Shown here: positions 1 through 12,600 of the stretch, piece by piece | Position numbering within the stretch: position 1 is the first letter of the stretch | How the letters are laid out: the number at the start of each line of letters is the position of its first letter | DNA from: Mobula hypostoma | Lineage: Eukaryota | Assembly: GCF_963921235.1 (NCBI RefSeq) | Contig: NC_086097.1 | Coordinates: forward strand, 227,604,001-227,668,000 | Reading direction: 5' to 3' | DNA: 64,000 nt | Notes under the pieces: model-generated | What the model saw: only the letters and a program-made list of their open reading frames with translations | What the model was told of the DNA's origin: nothing | The model's database searches: none | Translations under genes and position numbers: made by a program

Positions 1-277
1 CCTCAACACTGAACTGACCACTGTACACCACCTATAGACTCACTATTAAGGAGTCTACAATTCATGCTTTCAGTTTTATTTATTTATTGTTATTATTTTT
101 TTTTGTATTTGCAGTTTGTCTGTTGTATGTTGATTGCTTGACAGCCTCTGCTTGCCTGTAGTTTTTCATTGATTATCATGTGTTTCTTTCTCCTACTGTG
201 AATGCCCGCAAGAAAACGACAACATATGGTGACATATGCATACTTTGACAAGAAATTAAACTTTGACTTTGACTTTG
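1..277 (+). mobile_element. 3' tail of Rex1/Babar-type LINE (runs off window start)
   Basis: Resembles the tail after the Rex1 RT at 38160-39000 (ATGCCC..AAGAAAA..GGTGAC) and ends in (ACTTTG)n. Confidence 0.6.
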
Positions 278-280
278 AGG

Positions 281-580
281 TTTGCTTGGAGTTTAAGTAT
301 TGAAGGCAGACCTACAGTTAATAAAGAATAGTCTAACACAGATATCTTTAATGTCCAGATGCTCCAGAGGTGAGTGTAGGGTCAGGGAAATAGCAAAAGC
401 CGTGGTCCTATTTTGGCATGAGGTTGAAGTTGTCTGGAAGGCTGGAACTGATATGTGCATGACCAGACTCTCAAAGCACTTCATGGCAGAGCGACTGGGC
501 AGTAGTCATTAAGGCATGCTATTTTGTTTTTCTTTGGTGCTGCAATGATAGTTGTCTCATTAAAGCAGGTAGAAACTTCA
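281..580 (-). mobile_element. Rex1/Babar LINE reverse transcriptase fragment
   Basis: ORF 293-484 MKCFESLV...AISLTLHSPLEHLD..DICVRLFFINCRSAFNT matches the Rex1 RT pattern MKCFERLV...AI..LH..LEHL....YVRLLFID.SSAFNT. Confidence 0.75.
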
Positions 581-729
581 AATGAAACATGTGATCACAC
601 AATTGATATAATTCCAGAAACTTCCATGCATTTGGTAGTGCAGCTATGGAAATGAAATCCAAGGGGTATTAATCATCAAAAAAACACATGCTAATTCCCT
701 CCTTTCAGTGAAACAATGGCATGAACTGC

Positions 730-1815
730 ACTGCTAGCAGAGAAGTTCAAGGACAATGTTGAACAGGTTTGCTAGAGCTGTTGGGGAGGGTCTAAACTAA
801 GTTGGCAGGGGGATGGGAATTGGAGTGATAGGGCTGAGGATAAGGCACTTGGTAAACAAATTGATGCAGCGGGACTGTAAGGAAGGACAGGCAGATGATA
901 GGGCAACATTGCAGTCAGTGAGATGAGGTGAAGTGTAACATGGGAGAAAAATTGAAAAGAGTAATGAATATAGGACTTAAGATGTTATAGTTGAATGCAC
1001 ACAATATACAGAGAAAGGCAGATGATCCTGTCACACACTTAGAGGTTGGCAGGTATGACATTGTGGGCACTACTGAGACGCCAGTAAAAGAAGATCATAG
1101 TTGGGAGCTTAACATCCAACGGTACACCTTGTGCCGAAAGAACAGGCAGGTAGGCAGAGGGGGTGGGGAGGCTCTGTTGGTAAAAAATGAAATCAAGTTC
1201 TTAAAAGAAGTAGGCATACTGTGGAAGGGGAAGATGTAGAATCTTGCAGGTAGAGATAATAAACCGCGAGCTTAAAAAGACCATGATAGAAGTTATACAC
1301 AGGCATTTGAACAGTAGCTAGGATGTGGAATATAAATTTCAAAGGGAAATAGAAAAGATGTGTAATAATAGTCATTGGGAAGTTTCAATACACAGGTAAA
1401 TTGGGAAAATCAGGTTGGTGCTGTATCCCAGATATGGAATTTGTAGAATGCCTACAAAATAGCTTTTTAAAGCAGCTGGTAGTTTGCCCCACTAGGGGAA
1501 AGGCAATTCTGGATTGGGTTTTGTGCAATGAACCAGATTTGATTAAGGAGCTTAAGGTAAAGGAACCCTTAAGAGTCAGAGATCATAATATGATAGAATT
1601 CTCTCTGCAGGTTGGGAGGAAGAAGATGAAGTCAGCTGCATCAGTATTACTGTGGAGTAAGGGGAATTAAAGAGACATGAGAGGAGAGATGACCAAAGCT
1701 GATTGGAAGAGGACGTTAGCAGGGTGACTGGAGTTTCTGCGGGGGAAGGCATGGGATAGATACATCCCAAAAATGAAGAAGTATTCTCAAAGAAGGATGA
1801 GGCAACTGTGGAAGT
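730..1815 (+). mobile_element. Old CR1 LINE, segment 1 (end of ORF1 and APE endonuclease of ORF2)
   Basis: LNAHNIQRK..YDIVGTTET and PTRGKAILDWVLCN..DHNMIEF endonuclease motifs, with frameshifts. Confidence 0.85.
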
Positions 1816-2365
1816 CATGAGGAGGCCCTTTCATTGGTCAGGGCCGATCATGGATTTTCTGTCCCAACTGTCTACATGGTACACAAATGAGCGAAGTATG
1901 ATATGGAGATCAAGCTATTGAGCAATCAGCAGGCTCCCCCTCTCCACGCAGCTGATGAATCCCAAGGAACAGTAGAGACTGATACAGTTTGGTACTAGCA
2001 GCATCACAGGAGATGCCAGTCAGCATTGTCCTTAACATAAGACTGCCTTATAGACTCCAGATCTGGATTTTCCTTTGGGGTTTACAAACAAAGCCTTTTC
2101 CATGAGGGGGTATAGCCACGAGGTTTGAGATCAGAGATTTACTTCGAGATGAGATGCTAACCACAGCTGATGAGCCTTACCCGTCAAAATTGGCTCATTT
2201 TAAGGAGCCATTAACTGACCTTTGCTGCTTCTCCGCTCAGTAGAAATAGCTCTGGTGGGCATAGTAGCTAATTGACACGTGAAGGCCAGAGGATGAACTT
2301 GGTTGTCAGAGACTATTTGAGATGCACGATATTCAGAGGGTTTAATACCAGCTATAAAACCTTAA
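1816..2365 (-). mobile_element. Non-autonomous RTE-derived element inserted in CR1
   Basis: Colinear similarity to 58172-58771 and 6820-7045; no ORF; interrupts the CR1 frame. Confidence 0.65.
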
Positions 2366-2865
2366 TGAACCAAGTGAAGTCAAAGACAGTATAAAAGCAA
2401 AAGAGAGGGCATATAATAGCAAAAGTTAATGGGAAGTTAGAAGCTTTTAAAAACCAACAGAAGGCAACTAAAAAAAAAATAAGGGGATAAAAGACGAAAC
2501 ATGAAGGTAAGCTAGTCAAAAATATCAAAGAGGATACCAATAGGTTTTTCATATATATAAAGAGTAAAAGAGATGTGTGAGTAGATATTAGACCACTGGA
2601 AAATGATGCTGGAGAGGTCGTAATGGGGGAGAAAGAAATAGTGGATAAACTTGATAAGAATTTTGTGTCTGTCTTCGCTGTGGAAGACACCAGTGGTATT
2701 CTAGAAATTCAAAAGTATTAGGGCACAGAAGTGAGTGTACTTGTTATTACTAAGTCGAAGGTGCTTGGAATTTGACAGGTCTCAAGGTAGATAAGTCACC
2801 TGGACCAGATGGACTACACCCCAGGGTTCTGAAAGAGGTAGCTGAAGTGATTGTGGAGGCATTAG
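2366..2865 (+). mobile_element. Old CR1 LINE, segment 2
   Basis: Encodes KSPGPDGLHPRVLKEVAEVIVEAL; breaks at GAGGCATTAG and resumes near 6465 (AGTAATGATCTTTC). Confidence 0.85.
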
Positions 2866-5800
2866 AAACGTAGAAACATAGAAAACCTACAGCACAATAC
2901 AGGCTCTTCGGCCCACAATGCTGTGCTGAACATGTACTTACTTTAGAAATTACCTCTGGTTACCCATAGCCTCGATTTTTCTAACTCCATGTACCTATCC
3001 AGGAGCCTCTTAAAAGACCCTATTGTATCCGCGTCCACCACTGTCACCAGCAGCCCATTCCACGCACTCACCACTTTCTCTGTAAAAAAAACTTACCCAT
3101 GACATCTTCTCTGTACCTACTTCCAAGCACCTTAAAGATATGTCCTCTCGTGTTAGCCATTTCAGCCCTGGGAAAAAGCCTCTGACTATCCACACGATCA
3201 ATGCCTCTCATCATCTTATACACTTCTATCAGGTCACTTCTGACCTTACATCGCTCCAAGGAGAAAAGGTCAGGTTCACTCAACCTATTCTCATAAGGCA
3301 TGCTCCCCAATCCAGGCAACATCCTTGTAAATCTCCTCTATACCCTTTCTATAGTTTCCACATCCTTCCTGTAGTGAGGTGAGCAGAACTGAGCACAATA
3401 CTCCAAGTGGGGTCTGACCAGGGTCCTATATAGCTGCAACATTACCTCTCAGCTCTTGAACTCAATCCCACGATTGATGAAGGCCAATACAGCGTACGTC
3501 TTCTTAACCATTCAGTCAACCTGCGCAGCAGCTTTGAATGTCCTATGGACTCAGATCCCAAGATCCCTCTGATCCTCCACTCTGCCAAGAGTTTTACCAT
3601 TAATAGTATATTCTGCCATCACATTTGACCTACCAAAATGAACCACCTCACACATATCTGGGTTGTGCTTCATCTGCCACTTCTCAGCCCAGTTTTGCAT
3701 CCTATCAATGTCCCGCTGTAACCCCTGACAACCCTTCACACTATCCACAACACCCCCAATCTTTGTGTCATCAGCAAATTTACTAACCCTTCCCTCCACT
3801 TCCTCATCCAGGTCATTTATAAAAATCACGAAGAGCAAGGGTCTCAGAACAGATCCCTGAGGCACACCACTGTTCAACAACCTCCATGCAGAATGTGACC
3901 CGTCTACAACCACTCTTTGCCTTCTGTGTGCAAGCCAGTTCTGAATCCACAGAACAATGTCCCCTTGGATCCCATGTTTCCTTACTTTCTCAATAAGCCT
4001 TGCATGAGGTACCTTGTCAAATGCCTTGCTGAAATCCATATACACTATATCTACTGCTCTACCTTCATCAATGTGTTTAGTCATATCCTCAAAAAATTCA
4101 ATCAGGCTCGTAAGACATCACCTGACCTTGACAAAGCCATGCTGACTATTCCTAATCATATTATGCCTCTCCAAATGTTCATAAATCCTGCCTCTCAGGA
4201 TCTTCTCCATCAACTTACCAACTACTGAAGTAAGACTCATTGGTCTATAATTTCGTGAGCTATCTCTACTCCCTTTCTTGAATAATGAAACATCCACAAC
4301 CCTCCAATCCTCTGGAACCTCTCCCGTCCCCACTGATAATGCAAGGATCATTGCCAGAGGCTCAGCAATCTCCTCCCTCGCCACCCACAGTAGCCTGGGG
4401 TATATCTTTTCCAGTCCCGGTGACTTATCCAACTTGATGCTTTCCAAAAGCTCCAGCACATCCTCTTCTTTAATGTCTATATGCTGAAGCTTTTCAGTCT
4501 GCTGTAAGTCATCCCTACAATTGCCAAGGTCTTTTTCCGTAGTGAATACTGAAGCAAAGTATTCATTAATTACCTTCGCAACATCCTCCGGTTCTATGTA
4601 CACATTTCCACTGTCACACTTGATTTGCCTTATTCTCTTATCCTCTTGCTCTTCACATACTTATAGAATGCCTTGGCTTTCCTTCATCCTGCTTGCCAAC
4701 GCTTTCTCATGGCTCCTTCTAGCTCTCCTTATTTCATTCTTAAGCTCCTTCCTGCTAACCTTATAATTTTCTAGATCTCTATCATTTCCTAGTTTTTTGA
4801 ACCTTTTGTAAGATTTTCTTTTCTACTTGACTAGATTTTCAACAGCCTTTGTACACCATGGTTCCTTATCCTACCATCCTTTCCCTGTCTCATTGGAACG
4901 TACCTGTGCAAAATGCCATGCCAATATCCCCTGAACATTTGCCACATTTCTGCCGTACATTTCCCTGAGAACATCCGTTCCCAATTTATGTTTCCAAGTT
5001 CCTGTCTGAGAGCTTCATATTTCCCTTTACTCCAATTAAACACTTTCCTAACTTGTCTGTTCCTATCCCTCTCCAATGCTATGGTAAAGGAGATAGAGTT
5101 GTGATCACCATCTCCAAAATGCTTTCCACTGAGAGATCTGACACCTGACCCAATACCAGATCAAGTACAGCCCCTCCCCTTGGTAGGCTTATCAACTTTC
5201 TTGAACACACCTAACAAACTCCACCCCATCTAAACCCCTCACTCTAGGGACATGCCAATCAATATTTGGGAAATTAAAATCTCCCACCATGACAACCCTA
5301 TTATTATTACACCTTTCTAGAAGCTGTCTCCCAATCTGCTCCTCGATGTCCCTGTTACTATTGGGTGGTCTATAAAAAAACACCAAGCAGATTTATTGAC
5401 CCCTTCCTGTTTCCAACTTCCACCGACAAAGGCTCAGTAGACAATCCCTCCATTACTTCCTCCTCTTCTACGGCCGTGGCACTATCTCTGATCAACAGTG
5501 CCATGCTCCCACCTCTTTTGCCTCCATCCCTGTCCTTTCTGAAACATCTAAAGCCTGGCACTTGAAGTAACCATTCCTGCCCCTGAGCCATCCAAGTCTC
5601 AGTAATGGCCACAACATCATTGCTCCACATCTCAAACCATCAATCTGAGCATGTCCCTTCCCTATCACCTGCCTATCCTCCCTCTCACACTGTCTACAAG
5701 CTTTCTCGATTTGTGAGCTAACTGCCCCTTCCTCAGTCTCTTCAGTTTGGTTCCCACCCCCCAGCAATTCTAGTTCAAACTCTCCCCAATAGCCTTAGCA

Positions 5801-6365
5801 AACCTTCCTGTCAGGATATTGGTACCCCTTGGATTCAACTGCAACCTGTCCTTTTTATACAGGTCACACCTGCCCCAAAATGATCCAGAAATCTGAATCC
5901 CTGCCCCCTGCTCCAATCCCTCAGCCACGCATTTATCTTCCACCTCATTCTATTCCTATACTCACTGTCACGTGGCACAGGCAGTAAATCCGAGATTACT
6001 ACCTTTGAGGTCCTGCTTCTCAACTTCCTTCCTGACTCCCTATAGTCTGCTTTCAGGATCTCCTCCCTTTTCCTACCTATGTCATTGACACCAATATGTA
6101 CCACAGCCTCTGGCTTTTCTCCTTCCCACTTCAAGGTATCGTGGACGCGATCAGAAACCTCCCGGACCCTGGGACCCGGGAGGCAAACCACCATCCGCGT
6201 TTCTTTCCTGCATCCACAGATTCGCCTGTCTGACCCTCTAACTATAGAGTCCCCTATCACTACTGCCGTCCTCTTCCTTTCCCTACCCTTCTGAGCCACA
6301 GGGCCAGACTCTGTGCCAGAGGTGCAGCCACTGGTGCTGCCCTCAGGGAGGTCCCACCCCCCCCA
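2866..6365 (-). mobile_element. Near full-length degenerate CR1 LINE (ORF1 esterase, endonuclease, RT)
   Basis: Minus-strand ORFs in CR1 order: VIGDSIVRG (5835-6299), [48 protein letters not shown]-type 3' tail at 2866-2890. Same family as 45961-49215. Confidence 0.92.
5835..6299 (-). pseudogene. CR1 ORF1 SGNH/GDSL esterase domain remnant
   Basis: VVIGDSIVRG, CLPG.RV and VVHIGVNDIG blocks typical of the CR1 ORF1 esterase. Confidence 0.8.
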
Positions 6366-6464
6366 ACAGATAAAACCTTTACTTACATTGCCTTTACCTT
6401 TGCTTCAACAGCCTGATGGTTGAGGGGTAATAACTGTTCTTGAACTTGGTGGTGGGAGTCCTGA

Positions 6465-6810
6465 GTAATGATCTTTCAGAAATCACTAGATTCTAGAATA
6501 GCTCCAGATGACTAAAAAATTGCAAATGTCACTCTATTCTTTAAGAAGGGAGGGAGGAAGAAGAAAGGAAATTATAGGCCTGTTAGCCTGACTTCAGTAG
6601 GTGGGAAGATATTGGAGGCCATTATGAAGGATGAAGTTTCAGGATGCTTGAAGGCACATGATAAAATAGGCCAAAGTCAGCATTGTTTCCTTGAGAGGAA
6701 ATCCTGCCTGAGAAATCTTTTGGAATTCATTGAGAAAATAACAGGCAAATGGATGTTGATTACTTAGATTTTCATAAGGCCTTTGACAAGGTGTCACACA
6801 TGAGGCTGCT
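6465..6810 (+). mobile_element. Old CR1 LINE, segment 3 (start of RT)
   Basis: NYRPVSLTS-like stretch and YLDFHKAFDKVSHMRLL; resumes near 9173. Confidence 0.85.
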
Positions 6811-6819
6811 TCAAATTTC

Positions 6820-7045
6820 CAGCTGTCTACATGATACACAAGCAAGGGAAGTACGATATGGAGAGCAAGCTGTTGCCCAAGTTGTCGGCTTCCCATCCAT
6901 GCAGCTGGCGAATCCAAAGGAACGACAGAGACTGATACAGAGTGCCATTGCAGGAGTTGCCCATCAGCTTTGAACTCAACGTAGGACTGCATTATGACTC
7001 CAGCTTGAGATTTTTCTTGAAGGTTTACTTACAAGGCCTTTACCT
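6820..7045 (-). mobile_element. Partial non-autonomous RTE-derived element
   Basis: GTACGATATGGAGAGCAAGCTGTTGCCCA block shared with 58260-58290 and 1895-1925. Confidence 0.65.
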
Positions 7046-9170
7046 TTGCTTCAAGACCCTGATGGTTCAGAGGTAATAACTGTTCTTGAACCTGGTGGTG
7101 GGAGTCCCAAAGCTCCTGTACTTTCTTCCTGGTGGTGGCAGAGAGAAGAAAGCATGTCCTGGGTGGAGGGGGTCCCTGATGATGGATGTTGCTTTCTTGC
7201 GACAACGCTTCATGTAGATGTGCTCGTTGGCGATGAGGGTTTTACTTACAAGGAACCGGACTATCTCCACTGTAGAGCAAGTTGAGCTGGTGGTAAGCAC
7301 ACAGCCTTGTGGCGCACCTGTACTGATGGAAGTTGGAGGAAATATTGTGCCAATCCAAACAGACTGGGGTCTTCAAGTGCGTAAATCAAGAATCTAATTG
7401 CCAAAGAGGAATTGAGGTCAAGATCTTGGAGCTTATTGATTAATTTTGAGGGGATGATAAGATTGAATGCTCAGCTGTAGTCAATAAAAGCATCCTGATG
7501 TATGCATCTTTGCTGTCCAGATATTCCAGGGTTGAGTGAAGGGCCAATGAGAGGCATTAGCTGTGGACCTGTTGCACTGTAAGGCAAATTGGAGCAGATC
7601 CAAGGCAACTCTCAAGCAGCAGTTGATATGTTTCATGACAAACCTCTCAAAGCTTCATCACTGTGAATATAAGTGCTACTGGACAAAAGTCGTTGATGAA
7701 GATTACCATGTTCTTCTTAGGCACCGGTATAACTGAAGCCTGCTCGAAGCAGGTGGGTACTTCAGACTACCAAAGTGAGAGGTTAAAGATCTCAGTGAAC
7801 AGTCCAGCCAGTTGATCAGCACAGATCTTTAGTACTTGGCCAGGTGCCCCATCTGGGCCAAATGCTTTTCATGGGTTCATCCTTCCGAAGGCTGCTTGCA
7901 TGTCACCACCAGTTACTGAAATTGCAGGATCACTGAGAACTGTAGGAGTTTGTGATAGTTTCTCCATGTTTTGACAGTTAAAGCGAGCACAGAAGGCTTT
8001 GAGCTCATCTGGAAGTGAAGCCTCATTGTCCCCCATGTCATTTGATTTAAGGTTTCAAAGATACACTTAATGCCAGAGAAATGTATACAAAATGCATTTT
8101 CTTCGCAACCATCCACGAAAACAGAGGAACGCCCCAAAGAATGAATGACAGTTAGATGTTAGAACCCCAAAGTGGCCCCCCAGCTCCCCCCACAACACGT
8201 AAGCAGCAGCAAAGCAACAATCACCCCTCCCCCACCAGCAAAAAAAAGCATTGGCGTCCTCCACCGAGCACTCAAGCGTGCAGCAAAGCATCAATAAAGA
8301 CACAGACTTGCAGTACCCCAAAGACTATTCGTTCACCCGGTATTCGACATACCACAGGCTCTCTCTCTCTCCCTAATAAGTGAGAAAGAGATGTCTCCAT
8401 TTCACAGTGAAACGGGAGACATAACAAACAACTCGCTGATTTATGATGTTAAAGTTCCATAATGTCGCTTTTTCTGAGCTCTGTGCCCAAAGAACTCGGG
8501 TCTCTGGGCACACAGCCAGCAGCCAGCTTGCTGCTTTCAATCTTCCATCTCCCACGACACACCAAGTTCCGGCAGAGGCAATGACCTTTGGTCCGCCCAA
8601 CTCCAGAGCCATGAAATCCCAGAACTCTGAAGGTGAGCTAATCTCCTAGGTCGCATCCTTGGCATATCAAATAACGGCCAGTCATGAAACCCCAAGAGGG
8701 GGTCCCATTCCCGCAAAGAACCGAAGTCAGTGTGTAACTCCAGGTTGGGGTCTCCAAAACAACCCTGAAAGGGAAAAGTAGAGACATTAAAGATAGAAAT
8801 AGAGCTGGTTCTGAAGATGCACACAAAGGAGTTGCTGTTAGGCACCATTGTCTCTTTTAAGCTCCTTAGCTTTATAAGAGGTGATTATATTCAAGCCCTG
8901 CCAAAACTGTTGAGCATCCTACACTGTTTTGAGTTTAGTACAGAACTGCCACTTCACCCATGAGATGGCTTTCCAAAGATCGTACCTGGACCTCCTGTAA
9001 CTTTCTTGGTCACCTGACTTGAATGCTTCTGATCTGGCCTTCGGCAGATTGCGGATCTCATGGTTCATCCAGGGCTTCTGGTCGGGGAAGACACTGAATG
9101 ATTTTGTGGGAACACACTCATCTACAACTGTTTTAATAAAGTGTGTGACAACCGTGGTGTGTTCATTCAT
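7046..9170 (-). mobile_element. Rex1/Babar LINE ORF2 fragment, split by an insertion at 8045-8855
   Basis: VDECVPTKSFSVFPDQKPWMN..RSRYDLWKAI near the 5' end and SIIRDPLHPGHAFFSLPPPGRKYRS..RFKNSY at the C-terminus. Confidence 0.85.
8045..8855 (-). mobile_element. Non-coding ~0.8-kb interspersed element with a LINE-like 3' tail
   Basis: Related copy at 55270-56155; starts AATGGTGCC on the - strand and ends TGTATACATTTCTCTGGCATTAA..TTTGAAACC. Confidence 0.55.
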
Positions 9171-9172
9171 TA

Positions 9173-10520
9173 TCTTAACAAGAGTCCATGGTAATACAGA
9201 AAGGGTACTAGCATGGATAGAAAATTGGCTGATTGGCAGGAGGCATTTTTTTTGTGTCCCATACTCCGCCAGAGCCTCAGCGACCACTTTTTCAAGTGGT
9301 TGTCTTGGAGGAAAGATTCTATGAGTGGTCCCCCACGTCCTTCTCACAGTGCAGTTTTTTTTTAACGAGGCCGAGTTGCGAGCTCGGCTCTCAACCCAGC
9401 AAGGATGGAAAGCGTTCCCGGGATCGGCCCGACTGGATTCAAACTCAGGAACCTTCGCTCCGGAGTCCGGTACTGATGTCACTGCACCACCAGATGACCG
9501 GCAGGAGGCATAGATTGGGGATAAAAGGGGCCTGTTCTGATGGGCTGCCAGTGGTAGTGCTGTTCCACAGGATTTGGTACTGGGATCACTTCTTTTCACA
9601 TTATTTGTGAATGATTTGGATGACGGAATTGATAATTTTGTGGCCAAGTTTACAGACAATATAAAAATAGGTGAAGGGGCTGTTAGTGTTGAGGAAGCAA
9701 GGAGTTTGCAGAAGGACTTGGACAGATTGGGAGAATCAGTAAAGAAGTGGCAGATGGAATATAGTGTAGGAATGTGTATGGTCAGACAGTTTGGTAGAAG
9801 GAATAAGGGCATAGACTATATTCTAAACAGGGGGAAAATTCAAAAATCCGAGGTACAGGGGAACTTGGCAGTCCTTGTGCTGAATTCCCTAAAGGTTAAC
9901 TTGCAGGTTGTGTTGGTGGTAGAGAAAGCAAATGCAAATGCAGTGGTAACATTAATTTCAAGAGCTGTAGAATAATAGTACAGATGAGATAAAGAGGCTT
10001 TATAAGGCATTGGTCAGACTGTGCTTGGAGTATTGTGAGCAGTTTTTGGGCCCCTTATCTCAGAAAAAATGCACCAGCATTGGAGACGATCCAGAGGATG
10101 TTTTGGTGAATGATTCCAGGAATGAAAGGGTTAATATATGAGGAGCATTTTATTTCCCTGGAGTTCAGAAGAATGAGGGTTTTTTCTCTCCTTGAAACCT
10201 CCTTAATATTGAAAAGCCTAGACAGAGTGGATGTGGAAAGGATGTCCTACTGTGGGTGAATCTAGGGCCAGAGAGCACAGCCTCAGAATAGTGAGAGACG
10301 GTCTTTGGAACAGAGATGAGCAGGAATTTCTTTAGCTAGAGAATGGCGAGTCTTTGGAATTCACAGTTTTGTATATTTAATGCAGAGGTTGGCAGGTTCT
10401 TGGCTAGTCAAGTTGTCAAAGGTCACGGGGAGAAAGCAGGAGAATGGTGTTGAGAGGAACAATAAATCTGCCATGACGGAATGGTGGCGCAGACTCAACG
10501 GGGCTGTGTCTTATGGCCAA
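9173..10520 (+). mobile_element. Old CR1 LINE, segment 4 (RT to 3' end)
   Basis: LFVNDLDDGIDNFVAKFTDNIKIG (decayed FADD), followed by the CR1 3' UTR. Confidence 0.85.
9246..9499 (-). mobile_element. Young tRNA-derived SINE with poly(A) tail
   Basis: A box TGGTGCAGTGA, B box GAGTTTGAATCC, A9 tail, perfect 11-bp TSD GGCAGGAGGCA (9235-9245 and 9500-9510). Confidence 0.88.
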
Positions 10521-11603
10521 TATTTCTACAGCTCGGAAACGCTACAGGAGTGCAAAATGTCCCATTTGTGCTTGATGGATTTCTTTCTCAAGCCGGGAAC
10601 TTGCAAGTTAGCTGACCCTGAATGTGTATCCATGGTCATTGCACCAGCAATTGGACATCACTAATTATTTCTCATTTGACTTCTGTCTGATCAGGGGTTC
10701 AATTAAAAAATCTATGCTAATATGTCACTCCCATTTGACTACAGTATTGACAATAAAGTGACATTACGAATAACGCTCTGCATCATGGGAATACATTAGC
10801 TAATTTAGATTGCCTAATACCCAAATTCTAATTTCTTTGAGAATGTGAGTATGCTTGTTATAATTGTGTCTCCTCTACTAGGTGCATAATGAGTTAGACC
10901 ACTCTTGTTTTCCCTCTAGATCTCAGTTCAAACCTGGTGCAGACAGATGGGATGAATTTCTTCTTCTTTCTTTGATGGTTGTTAAAAGTCCCAGATGACC
11001 TGAGCCTGGGCAGTCACCACCCAGATCCCTGTGGGCACAATTCACAATACAGAAGCAGCCATAATTTGGCACTAATTGGGTAAGCTGAATCGAAAGGAGC
11101 ATGAGGATAAATGTTATGGGAAATAAAAATGTCACACTTATGCACGATGGGCTGCTTCGAGACATTATTTTTGGAACTACAGAGAGAAAACTGAACATCT
11201 CATCTATGCTATGTTAATGCAGATCCAAGTGCTTTTGATGTTGGTGCTATTGCAGAATCTAAAAATCTTACATTCCCCAGCAGTGATATCCCTTTGATGG
11301 AAATGAAACATAAAATTATAAATATACATCTATGTTGTGTTCTACCTGCATATCTTGATATAGCGAGGAAGCTTCTTTGATCAGCATTCAGCTATCTAAT
11401 TTCTGGAACGTATATTAATAATTAATAACCTCATTGTCAATACTTTAGTTCCTCCAACTAATTTCCTATTCAAGGCCAGATCCAACAGTATAATGAGGGA
11501 GAAGATAAAAATCCTGCCTGCACAGAAAAAAAATACTTGCCACTCTACAGAACAATTCTGAAGTTTCAGGAGCAAAAACTGAAATTTTAACTTGCCTTTT
11601 CAG

Positions 11604-11667
11604 ATCATGGAGATTTGGATCAAGACTCACATTTTCAAGTAAAAGTCGTGACTATTTCCTTTAGCAG
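11604..11667 (+). CDS. Candidate upstream coding exon (HGDLDQDSHFQVKVVTISFS)
   Basis: Acceptor ttgccttttcag, donor CAG|gtactt, 64 nt with one open frame, unique sequence. No homology support. Confidence 0.3.
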
Positions 11668-11739
11668 GTACTTACAGACTTACTTCATGTTAGAATTGGA
11701 ACAAAGGCTAGTAGAGCACAGTTTAGCCCCATTGCCTGA

Positions 11740-11945
11740 AAGGAGTTTCCCCATGACCATGTCCGTTTCCTTTGGTGCTCTAGTTTCTTTCACTGTCCAA
11801 AGATGTACCGGTTGGTAGGTTAATTGTTCATTGTAAATTGTTCCGTGATTGGGCTAGGATTAAATCAGGGGATTGCTGGGAAGCGCGGCTCGAAGGGCCA
11901 GAAGGGCCTACTCCGTGCTGCATCTCAATAAAAAATAAATAAATG
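11740..11945 (+). mobile_element. V-domain (HE1-like) SINE, 3' part
   Basis: GTTTCCTTTGGTGCTCTAGTTTC V-domain, GAAGGGCCAGAAGGGCCTACT tail, (AAAT)n end. Confidence 0.7.
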
Positions 11946-12264
11946 TTATTTAAAAGCATACTTATTCCCACCCTTTCCTTTGCTAACAAGCTGTAATGCA
12001 TTTGAATACTAAATATAAGCATATCTAAAACCATTCTCAGTTACAATACAGGCTGGAGTATTAATAAAGGAAGAGAACCTTGGTTAATTTTGGGGAAGAA
12101 CTTCCTGTGTTCCTTCATTGTTTGAGCAGTGAATAATGTAATACAGGATCAAGCAACCTTTCAAGTGACCTCGTCAAAGACTAGGACCCACATAGATGAG
12201 AAACCTAATGTCTTTTAGCTCCTTGACTTTTCTGGCCATTGCTATCAAAAGGCACACACAGTTT

Positions 12265-12600
12265 TTATTTAATTTATTTTAGTTTATTTGGAGATAATGT
12301 TCCGAACAGGCTTTTCCTGCTCAGTGAGCCACACTGCCCAGCAAGCCACCTATTTAACACCAGCCTAATCACAGGGACAATTTACAATGACCAATTAAAC
12401 CTACTCACTGACTAACCTGCTATGACCAATTAACCTCCGTCTTTGCCCTGTGGGAGGAAACCAGAACACCGGGTGGAAACCCACGCGGTCCTGGGCAGAA
12501 CATACAAACTCCTTACAGATGGTGCCAGAATTGAACCCTGAACTCCGACATCCCAAGCTGTAATAGCATTTTGCCAACTGCTATGCTACTGTGGTGCCCA
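12265..12600 (-). mobile_element. V-domain (HE1-like) tRNA SINE
   Basis: On the - strand: tRNA-like head with GGTTCAATTC B box, GGGTTTCCACCCGGTGTTCTGGTTTCCTCCCAC V-domain and an A-rich tail. Confidence 0.8.

Noticed and set aside
8919..9812. 297-aa minus-strand ORF as a novel fusion gene
   Set aside because: It is a chance read-through of antisense CR1, a SINE and a Rex1 fragment; its junctions coincide with TE boundaries.
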